From NCBI GenBank assembly GCA_964036045.1, contig OZ038378.1, forward strand, positions 141,360,001-141,424,000: DNA of 64,000 bases. The letters are read 5' to 3'. Source of the stretch: Eutreptiella sp. 'Long Island Sound 2002'. Its lineage: Eukaryota > Protista > Euglenida. Of this stretch, positions 1 through 10,000 are shown piece after piece; within the stretch, counting starts at the first letter, position 1; each line of letters opens with the position of its first letter. The position numbers and the translations under genes are program-made. The notes under the pieces were generated by a model. That model did no database searches. It had not been told where the DNA came from and was given only the letters and a program-made list of their open reading frames with translations.

Positions 1-15
1 CCTGTGGTTAAGCAG

Positions 16-143
16 GAGGGTCGTTACTCCCTCAATTAGAAGTAGTAGAGCCCCATATACTACTTCTTTCCCCATACCCCTTGGACCAGGCAACAACCTA
101 TCTAACCCACTACGTCACACGGTGCCCATTTCTGTGACGTAGT
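16..143. other. Cluster of three consecutive hairpins
   Basis: gaggg(16-20)/ccctc(29-33); agaagtagta(38-47)/tactacttct(58-67); actacgtcaca(109-119)/tgtgacgtagt(133-143). All are exact reverse complements. Confidence 0.75.
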
Positions 144-225
144 CGTTTCGGTTCGCATTTTGCGACATTTCACATGTCGAGTCGTTTCGCGCTTCCAGAT
201 GCTGTGCCTGCTCATATGCCGCTAC

Positions 226-522
226 CTACTGCTTCTTGGCCTTCCCACCATGGGAAGTAGCAGCTTGCTTCTTGCCCTTGCTGGCGGCTGGTTTCTTTTT
301 GGTTGGCTTCTTGCTACTGTTGTTGCTGCTGCTAGCAGTGGCCTCAGAAGCTGCCGCCCGCCTCTTGCCCTTCTTGGTTGCTGCCTTCTTTTTGGCTAGA
401 TTCTTGCTGCTGCTGCTGTTGTTGCTACTTCTGCTGCTACAACTACTACTGCCGTTGCCGCTAATGCTGTTGGTGCTCGTATTATTGCCGCTGTTGTTGC
501 TATCGCTTTCGCTACCCTCGGA
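226..522 (-). other. Open frame without ATG encoding a Ser/Asn-rich then Lys/Ala-rich (histone H1-tail-like) peptide; possible terminal exon or TE ORF end
   Basis: Manual translation ends ...SKNLAKKKAATKKGKRRAASEATASSNNSSKKPTKKKPAASKGKKQAATSHGGKAKKQ, with TAG at 228-226. The region is low complexity. Confidence 0.3.
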
Positions 523-3456
523 TCAGCTGTGTGGTTGGGGTTCAAACAATTCAGTACATGCCATGTGCAAAGAGAAATTTGCTGCAAAAAATCTTCCTTG
601 GTAAAATGTTTTGGCAAATGCTATAATTATGGCACGACGGCTTTTTTCGTAGGCAACCCTCGGAGGGTGGGGGGCGGGGGAATGCAATTTTTTTCCAGGC
701 ACGCAGTTTTTTTCCAACCTCGCCCCTTGGGCCTGCGTTGGCCAATTGCCGCGTGCTTACCTGCGTTGGATGTAGACCCTCTGCCCTCAGCCCACACGGC
801 TCTTGCACCGAGTACGAGGGCACGGGGCGCTGGGAGAAGCGACATTTTTGCTTGGGGGAGGGGGGTAGCCAAATGACACGCCCCACATCACTCCGCTCCC
901 TCCCAAAGGCGCCCCAGCTACTAGAGCCACGTGGCGGCTCATCACAGGCCCACAAATGCAACACGGATCATGGGGCGACAGGTTCCCTAACCTCCCATTG
1001 CCCTTCTCTGAAATGGCTCCGTCACCCCCTGGTCGAGTGGGGGAAGCCTGAAATGGCTGAATAACCTCCCCTGTCCTGGGGGGGTCGCCAAACTGGGGAG
1101 GAGTGATGAGGGTGTCCAAAGGGAAGAGTAATGATGTGGCATATGCAGCCATGCACAAAAAGTTCCTTTGGGTGCCTTTGCTGCCTGTGGCCCAGCTTGC
1201 TGTGGCTGGACACCCCCCCTTGGGGCGGCGGGGGGGGCGGGGGGGGGGGCGCTTCCTGGGAGTGGTACAGCCCACACCCCACCCCACCCCACCCCACCGC
1301 CGGAGCAGGTGGGTCTTGCCTATACATCCAAACCCCACCTTTGGTTGCGGCAACACCCTCGTCCCTCTTTCCATTGTTGCAATCCTGTCCACATAGGCGC
1401 AGATGTACAGACCTCAAGTATGCAGGGCTCTCTGGTCCCCAAGAAGTGTGAGTACAGCGTGTAACTCACGTCCTCCAGCCACTCTTGAACACATGTGTGA
1501 AACTCATGGGCCCGTTTGTATCTGCAGCACATCCATGACACAGCGCAAGGGGACGAGGCACGGGCACGCGGACATTGGTGTGTGTTTGTGTGTGTGTTTG
1601 GTGGTGGTGGAAGCGGGGCTTATTAAGGAGGGACACTGGCATGGGTCACCAGGGTGAGAGCTCAGAGGAGACCACCGCCCATGAGAGGGGCAGCAGGGCT
1701 GCTAGAAGACCCAGATCCCTGGACCTGGCCCCTCACCTTGGTCAGAACCTCCCCTGATGCAGAGCCTCCATCCCAGCACAACTGTGGCACACCCTGGTGG
1801 CGTCCTCTGCAGACACTCATCTCCGCTTGGGCAGTGGCTGACCTCACACCCGCACACCCCAAGTCTACCAGTGCAGCATGCTTGCTAGCTGCCTCCTGCC
1901 TGTTGGGATGCTGCTGCGGCAGGGCTGCCTCCTCTTGGCTGCCGGTGTGTGCCCCAGGGTTTTACGGCTGACAAGCTGGCATAGCGCTGCGGTACGTCTC
2001 ACGGGTGTTGGTCGCAGGTGATGGGCATGTCCCCTCGAGCAGCAGTGTGCAACTTCCCAATACAGTGCATGCTGCTCCCTGGGGCCGAGGGTGTAGCTCA
2101 TGCACAAATATTTGTCGCAGCCATTTCCGGGCCTACAGATGCATTGCCTCCCAGGGTCCAAATCTGGGGAGAAGACCAGCGATCTGCTCCCCCCCCCCAT
2201 TGTTTGTTTATGTGGGCGGTCGTCTTAAGGAGGGCACAAGCCTCTTAAGATCTAGCACGCTCTTGTGCCAACAGGGCCGTCATTCCAAGGAGAAAGTTCC
2301 TGTGACGGTCAAACAGGCTCTTCCTCCAAGGGGGAGGGGTCCACGTAGAAAGTAGCCTTGTGGCTCAGTGTTGGCCAACCCACCGGTGCGCCGAGAAAAG
2401 CCATCCCTCAGCCCCCCGCCCTCCCAGCCAACTCTCCAGTGTAGAAAGAGAACCTCTTGGCTAGTTTAGGCTGCGTGCACTTCCTTCCGCTTGCCCATGG
2501 CCTAGTTGCCCACCTTGCCCACCGCGCGGCAAGTTGTAGCTATAAGGCGACAAGAGCCCCCTCCACTTACTGCATTGACAAGGGCCGCTGGTGCCATGGC
2601 TCGGCACAAGCACTTACATATTTCTGGGCGCTTACACATGTGCCATGCCCGAGGGCCAACACCGTCGTGTCGGTGGCCAAAGCGCTGGAGGCCATGTGGC
2701 CCATAAACACCACAAAATACAAGGGCCCAGGCTAGCAGTGGCCCCACGCTAGCACATACCTTCACCGAGATAAAGAGTCAGCTCAGCGAGCATCGCCGGC
2801 GCCTGCTACCGCATTCACCTTCTCTCCAACACGCAACATATGCCTGAAGCCATCTCTCCTGCTAGACACTTTCCGTTCTTGTGGGTACATTCATCGTCCT
2901 TGACCTTTCCATCCTCCATTATCACCGAAGCTATCGCTTTCACCACAACTTGTGGCACAGATTGCTTTGGGAGGCCCTTGGATTGGGTGTGGAAGCAACG
3001 CTCACAACCGAGTTGATTCATTTGCAAAGAACAACATCCCTATAAGCCTTGGGGGGGCGACTGCTCGGTTCTGGACGCCAACTACCCCCCCCAACTAATT
3101 GTTGGCCATAGGCCCAACGGGGGGGGGTTCTGGGAGGGGCGATGGGGGGGGGGTTTGGGGGGGCTTTTGCCCCGGGGGGGGGGGGGGTCCGGGAGGGTGG
3201 GTTTGGGGGGGGGGGGGGCAGGTGGGGCGATTTGGGGGGTACATGCCCCCAAGGCCAAGCGTTGGTCCATCACAGGCCCCCTGCCTCCCCTTGCCCTCCC
3301 TCTAACCATACCATCACCCTAACCTTTGCAGCAAACTGGTTCAGCCATACCAGCCATGTTAATTAGGCTGAACAAGATCCCCCAAAGTTCGTTCATGGCT
3401 ACTTTTGCCACATCATTGTTCTCCATTTTGGACCCCAACAATAACTTTGACCCTAG

Positions 3457-3494
3457 CCTAGGGTTAGAGCTAGGGTTAGGGTTAGGGCTAGGGT
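3457..3494 (+). repeat. Degenerate telomere-like (TTAGGG) tract inside MITE, left of insertion
   Basis: ctagggttagagctagggttagggttagggctagggt. Confidence 0.85.
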
Positions 3495-4628
3495 CACCGA
3501 GCTGGTGGAACCAGTCTTGGTTTTATAACCCTTTTTAGTGTCTAGGGTAGACCTACCAGGTTTAGCAGCAAGCAAGCAAGCAGCAAGCAGCAAGCAGCAA
3601 GCAAGCAGCACGCGCGAAATGGGGAAAAATCAGAACTCCGTCGTGGTGCTTCAGATTCGACTGAAATTTTGGTGCATGATACCTATGGGTGTGAAGTACA
3701 ATCACACAAAGTTTGAGCAAGAAACTCAACGGTGGTGGCTGGGAACGGGATTCGCAAGTGGCGGACCTCGGTTTCAAAAACTGCAGTTTAGGGCCAAAAA
3801 CAGCCATTTTTGGGCCAAAAAAAGCTCTAGAACACACTCAAAACGGCCAAACGAAGGGAAACGGTGGGTACACCCCACGTGCGGCTTGACTTCCCCGTGT
3901 CAACGAGCCCTTTGCCGCCCTCTAACTCCATGATATGTCCCGGAAACGGCCCAAAAAGGCCCCCCGAAGCTCCAAATGCCGATAGCCACAAACCAAGAAT
4001 AGACCATATCTTTGGCTACATGGCTCAAAATGCGATTCCGAGGGCACCTACTCCACCCACAACCCCCCACTTTTTGTGGTTTCCACCCCTCCGAATTGCC
4101 CAAACGGACACCTAGACCCCAATACCTAGGCCCACTAGGCTGCGGCAAGTTGCAAGCTCAAGCCCAAACACGTGGGTACCCAAATGGGTCAACAGGGTCC
4201 AATAGGGGCAAAAAGATGACTTTTCTCAAAAATGATCCTAGACCATGTGCGATGCTAAAACAAGTGTTTTTGGACCGTTTTGAGCTTGGGGGGGGCGATT
4301 TTGGTCCTCTAAAAATCCCAAAATGCCTTGAAAATGGGTTGTTTTGGGTCCAAAAATGGGTCAAAAATGGGTCAAAAACACATTTTTCCAAACCTCATCC
4401 TGGACCATTTGGGGTGCACAAACGGGTGAAATGAGCCCATTTTGAGCCCATTTTGGGGCATTTCGGCCCCTCGAAAGTCCAAAAAGCCTTGAAAGTGGGC
4501 CTCGTGGTGATGGGGTTCGCTTGCAAGCTGATTTCACTTTGTCAAGTGTGAATCATTCTTGATGTCCCTCACCAGTCATAGCAGATGTTCCCTCCCCCAC
4601 CAGCTCGGTCCCAATATTCAGTCTTGAT
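3495..4628 (+). mobile_element. Asymmetric-TIR non-autonomous element, unit 1 (Helentron/Helitron2-like architecture)
   Basis: 5' accgagctggtgg (3496-3508) pairs with 3' ccaccagctcggt (4597-4609), which lies 19 bp from the end. A gcaa-type microsatellite lies near the 5' end. Flanks are gggt | taggg with no TSD. Confidence 0.75.
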
Positions 4629-4640
4629 TAGGGTTAGGGT

Positions 4641-5767
4641 CACCGAGCTGGTGGAACCAGTCTTGGTTTTATAACCCTTTTTAGTGTCTAGGGTGGACCT
4701 ACCAGGTTTAGCAGCAGCAAGCAGTAGCAAGCAGCAAGCAAGCAGCAGCACGCGCGAAATGGGGAAAAATCAGAATTCCGTCGTGGTGCTTTGGATTCGA
4801 GTGAAATTTTGGTGGATGATACCTATGGGTGTGAAGTACAATCACACAAAGTTTGAGCAAGAAACTCAACAGTGGCGGCTGGGAACGGGATTCGCAAGTG
4901 GCGGACCTCGGTTTCAAAAACTGCAGTTTAGGGCCAAAAACAGCCATTTTTGGGCCGAAAAAGCCCTGGAACACACTCAAAACGGCCAAACGAAGGGAAA
5001 CGGTGGGTACACCCCACGTGCGGCTTGACTTCCCCGTGTCAACGAGCCCTTTGCCGCCCTCTAACTCCATGATATGTCCCGGAAACGGCCCAAAAAGGCC
5101 CCCCGAAGCTCCAAATGCCGATAGCCACAAACCAAGAATAGACCATATCTTTGGCTACATGGCTCAAAATGCGATTCCGAGGGCACCTACTCCACCCACA
5201 ACCCCCCACTTTTTGTGGTTTCCACCCCTCCGAATTGCCCAAACGGACACCTAGACCCCAATACCTAGGCCCACTAGGCTGCGGCAAGTTGCAAGCTCAA
5301 GCCCAAACACGTGGGTACCCAAATGGGTCAACAGGGTCCAATAGGGGCAAAAAGATGACTTTTTTCAAAAATGATCCTAGACCATGTGCGATGCTAAAAC
5401 AAGTGTTTTTGGACCGTTTTGAGCTTGGGGGGGCCGATTTTGGTCCTCTAAAAATCCCAAAATGCCTTGAAAATGGGTTGTTTTGGGTCCAAAAATGGGT
5501 CAAAAATGGGTCAAAAACACATTTTTCCAAACCTCATCCTGGACCATTTGGGGTGCACAAACGGGTGAAATGAGCCCATTTTGAGCCCATTTTGGGGCAT
5601 TTCGGCCCCTCGAAAGTCCAAAAAGCCTTGAAAGTGGGCCTCGTGGTGATGGGGTTCGCTTGCAAGCTGATTTCACTTTGTCAAGTGTGAATCATTCTTG
5701 ATGTCCCTCACCAGTCATAGCAGATGTTCCCTCCCCCACCAGCTCGGTCCCAATATTCAGTCTTGAT
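4641..5767 (+). mobile_element. Asymmetric-TIR element, unit 2 (chimeric)
   Basis: Same termini as unit 1. Separated from neighbours by tagggttagggt at 4629-4640 and 5768-5779. Period 1139-1146 bp. Confidence 0.8.
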
Positions 5768-5779
5768 TAGGGTTAGGGT

Positions 5780-6928
5780 CACCGAGCTGGTGGAACCAGT
5801 CTTGGTTTTATAACCCTTTTTAGTGTCTAGGGTGGACCTACCAGGTTTAGCAGCAGCAAGCAGTAGCAAGCAGCAAGCAAGCAGCAGCACGCGCGAAATG
5901 GGGAAAAATCAGAATTCCGTCGTGGTGCTTTGGATTCGAGTGAAATTTTGGTGGATGATACCTATGGGTGTGAAGTACAATCACACAAAGTTTGAGCAAG
6001 AAACTCAACAGTGGCGGCTGGGAACGGGATTCGCAAGTGGCGGACCTCGGTTTCAAAAACTGCAGTTTAGGGCCAAAAACAGCCATTTTTGGGCCAAAAA
6101 AGCCCTGGAACACACTCAAAACGGCCAAACGAAGGGAAACGGTGGGTACACTTCTCGTGCGGCTTGACTTCCCCGTGTCAACGAGCTCTTTGCGGCCCTC
6201 TAACTCCATGATATGTCCCGGAAACGGCCCAAAAAGGCCCCTAGAAGCTCCAAATGCCGACAGCCACAAACCAAGAATAGGCCATATCTTTGGCTACATG
6301 GCTCAAAATGCGATTCCGAGGGCACCTACTCCACCCACAACCCCCCACTTTTTGTGGTTTCCACCCCTCAGAATTGCCCAAACGGACACCTAGACCCCAA
6401 TACCTAGGCCCACTAGGCTGCGGCAAGTTGCAAGCTCAAGCCCAAACACGTGGGTACCCAAATGGGTCAACAGGGTCCAGTAGGGGCAAAAAGATGACTT
6501 TTCTCAAAAATGATCCTAGACCACGCGCGACGCTAAAACAAATGTTTTTGGACCGTTTTGAGCTTCTGGTGGCCCATTTTGGTCCTCCGAAAATCCCAAA
6601 ATGCCTTGAAAATGGGCTGTTTTGGGTCCAAAAATGGGTCAAAAATGGGTCAAAAACGCATTTTTCCAAACCTCATCCTAGACCATTTGGGGTGCACAAA
6701 CGGGTGAAATGAGCCCATTTTGAGCCCGTTTTGAGCCCATTTTGGGGCATTTTGGCCCCTCAGAAGTCCAAAAAGCCTTGAAAGTGGGCCTCGTGGTGAT
6801 GGGGTTCACTTGCAAGCTGATTTCACTTTGTCAAGAGCCATCAATGTGTGAATCATTTTTTATGTCCCTCACCAGTCATAGCTGATGTTCCCTCCCCCAC
6901 CAGCTCGGTCCCAATATTCAGTCTTGAT
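5780..6928 (+). mobile_element. Asymmetric-TIR element, unit 3
   Basis: Same termini. The 3' half carries diagnostic substitutions and indels relative to units 1 and 2. Confidence 0.8.
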
Positions 6929-7050
6929 TAGGGTTCAGGTTAGGGCTAGGGCTAGGCTTGGGGCTAGGGGTAGGGGTACGGGTAGGGGTAGGGGTACGGG
7001 TAGGGGTAGGGGTAGGACTAGGTTGAGGGTTGGGGTGGGTGTTAGGGTCA
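6929..7050 (+). repeat. Expanded G-rich telomere-like tract (potential G-quadruplex)
   Basis: tagggttcaggttagggctagggctagg...ggggtaggggtacgggtaggggtagggg...; longer than the equivalent tract in the copy near 58100-58170. Confidence 0.8.
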
Positions 7051-10000
7051 GGTTGGGTTTAAGGATAGTGCCGGGGTGCAAAGTGGACAAAATTTTCCTT
7101 CGGGCGGCTTTGGTGCCCATGGAGCGTCGGGCGGCTTTGGCGCCCATGGACTACTGAGGGCGACACCTTTGGCAACCAACTGTTGGCCCGAGGCCCCTAG
7201 GGGGGGGGGGGGTAGTTGGCGTCCAAGGACCCGCGGAGTCGCCCCCCCCCCCCCCCCCCCGTGCCTATAAGGTTGTGGACTGCCTTTGGGCCACGTGTGT
7301 GCTCTCCTATGTGGCTTAAGTTGTGGCCCGTACTGTCCGCTCGGTCACCCTTCTTGGGCATCTTGTGGTGTTGCCCTTGGTTCTCATGTTGTTGTCATCG
7401 AAGTGCTTGCACCATCTCGTGTTAGTAGTTTGTCCTGGTGCGACCGTCCCCAAGGATGTGGTGTTTTCAATCCCTATATGTCTCTTGCCTTGCTAAACTT
7501 TGAGGCATGATTCTTGCAACTATGCCCCAACTAGGACCCAATGGGCAGCAAGCAAGCCTCACATCCTAGGATGGAACCCCTAGAGGACAGCCAATTGTTG
7601 TGTGTTGAAGTACCCTCATGAACATCATGCAAGCGGTGGAACAAGTTAATATGGGGTATGCGTTGTGGGGATGAGGGGGCCAATACATACATATCATATA
7701 TCATATCAACCATATATGCCCATTGTGTTCTCTTTCTAGGTGGCAAAGGGAGAACCCACTCATTGACACCTTTGGCGGCACAGCACGTTGCCCATTGAGG
7801 ATGTGTTGAGGCACGCGAAGTGCACATGAGCAACTTGGGGGGAGGGGTATTTGTGTAACATACTGAGGGCATAGCGATGGCAGTAGGCGCTACAAGGCCA
7901 AATATATTTTGTAGGAATTTACTTCATAGTTTTGTTTGGATTCTGCCCTTCACTCCTTGCCTTCCTCCAAAATCACCATGGAAGGGTGAGATTCCCTACC
8001 ACAGTTTGCACATTCAGCTAGGGCCGTAGCCTCTCCTTTGTAGAGAGCAATGGCGCCAACATATCAATGCGCACACCCTGCTTGGTGCCATTTTTAAAGG
8101 CAAATATTGCATATGGCTGGTGAATTGTCCCCTTTCCTTTCTGCACTAAGTGTCACTATTTCTGTGGTTCAAGGGACTTGTTCTCGGCCTACGGCGCTTG
8201 TGGCACATGTGGCGTGTAGGATGAGCCCCCTAAGGGTAAGGGATCATTCAAACAACACATTTGACCGGCAAAACAACATGGGTACCTTAGCCCCCATGGG
8301 GACCCACGTAGGATACACGCACACTTCTGTGTGTGTCTTTGAATTGCCCTTGTGTGAGATTGCATTGCCTTTGCTACCCCAAATCCCAATACCTCTCCCC
8401 ACGCTTAGATATCACCCTCACTCCCAGCCACTCGCGCGGGTTGCACAAGCCCTCTCTCAATAGCCTCCCTCTAGGCCACACAACATGGCACAAACTTCGC
8501 TGGACGCTGGACGTTGTCGCCCTAACGGCGTTGATGCTCATTATGTAGTCGGAGGTGACCAAGTTTGCTCACACTGAAGCCCTTGCAAACTGAGCTGCTG
8601 CACAAGACTAGCCCCAAGACCATGGCAATCCACCATGTGCATGGCATCCATAGCCACCCCTTGTCCGTGGGGGGCTGAGTCTTTTGGCATTAGACATAAA
8701 GGGGTGCAGTGTGTATCCCATGGTTCCACGAGGAGGTATGGCCACAATGCATGATGGCATGGTGGTCAACTATTGGCGCAAGGATGACATTCGGCGATGG
8801 CTCTACGGAGGAACAGAGAACCAAAGAAAGGATGCAAGCAGGCTTGGAAGAAAAGGCAGAACGACGGATCATTGCCACGAATGTTGAGCGCATGTCCTTG
8901 TGAAGCAGGAGCAATAAGACAAAAGCTTCACAAATAAAGGGAGAGAAGGATAAGCAAAAATGAATGAGAATCAACCGGAAGAAAGCTCCTTTTTGTATGT
9001 TTCCACTGGCACCAATAGACCGATTTACAGCTTCAGTGCGGAGTCTTGTGCATCTAGGGGGTTACGAGTAAGGTCTCCCTCTTGCCACACAACCTTGTAA
9101 ACCAGTCAAATGCCGGAAATGCTGCAAGGAACAAACTACATTGATGCCAACTTCCTTTGGGGAAACAGCTGCCTCACCCTTCTTTGTGGCTTCTAGTGCG
9201 ACTGCAGCAAGCTTGGAAGCGCCTAGGTGCGGTCCTTGACCCCAATACCCCTGAAACGTTTTGGCCCTTTGAAGGGGGTGGGGGTAGGGGTCATGGGGAG
9301 TGGAGTCTGACCAAAAATCACCAGTTTCTTTGAACCACCGTGGTGTCCAGGCATTATTTACACCCTCGTACCCCGTGTAGCCACCTTGTGGTCTACTCAC
9401 GCCAAAATCAACCTTGTTGATCATGTCATAACGATCTCCACTCATGTCCTTTATCATAAACCTTGCCATGAACAAAGTGGTAGGGTCCCGGTGAAGGGGT
9501 TAGCATACAACAACGGAGGTCTCCACTCTCCTCGCCAGTGTCACGGTGGTTGTAGCCACCCACACCCCCTGCCGGAGGGGGGGGGGGGGGGGTTGACAGT
9601 ATAGAGACCTCTTTGGCACGGCCCGCACCAAAGATGGTGCCCACAGGGTGCCCAAGCCCGCGAGGTCGTTTCGACCGTTTTCGACCGTTTTGTGCTTCCT
9701 ACCACCATCTCAATGGGTGCCCAGTTCCGTGAGCTGCGTTTTGTGGTAACTGTGGGACAAAAAGAGCAGAACAAAGTAAAGTATATGTATGATGTACACC
9801 GGAAGTAGCCACACAACCCCTGCCTTCGCGAGGGTCCCCAATAAGGGGGTGAAATCAAAGTGGCTGCGTAACCTGTGCCTTCTCAGGGTCCGCAACAAGG
9901 GACCGGAATCAGAAGTGGCTACTCAAATCGTGCCTTCTTGGGGGGGGGGGGCAGAGAAAATGTCAGCGACCCAATGCAACATGCGAAGGGAAGAACGGGT

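Larger units (their letters stand above)
3051..7260. mobile_element. TIR MITE copy 1, interrupted by a tandem trimer of another element
   Basis: Left end gggggggcgactgctcggttctggacgccaactaccccc is the inverted match of right end ggggtagttggcgtccaaggacccgcggagtcgccccc. Segments 3051-3494 and 6929-7260 are colinear with the uninterrupted copy at 57647-58339. Confidence 0.85.

Noticed and set aside
3538-6712. Repeated 60-140 aa ORFs in the trimer, and long ORFs in the 105-bp satellite
   Set aside because: They occur on both strands and in several frames, show no recognisable motifs and are explained by repeat composition.
3457-7050. True telomere or chromosome-healing site
   Set aside because: The tracts are short, degenerate, internal and belong to a MITE with a second copy at 57.6-58.3 kb.
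3039-7271. cctataag on both sides of MITE copy 1 as an 8-bp TSD
   Set aside because: The copies are offset from the G/C-run termini by different spacers (cctt versus gtg), and copy 2 has no comparably placed duplication. Unresolved.
8100-8560. LTR integrase remnant (RYHPHSQ resembling YHPQS)
   Set aside because: This is a single weak motif with no convincing DDE spacing, RT or LTRs nearby.
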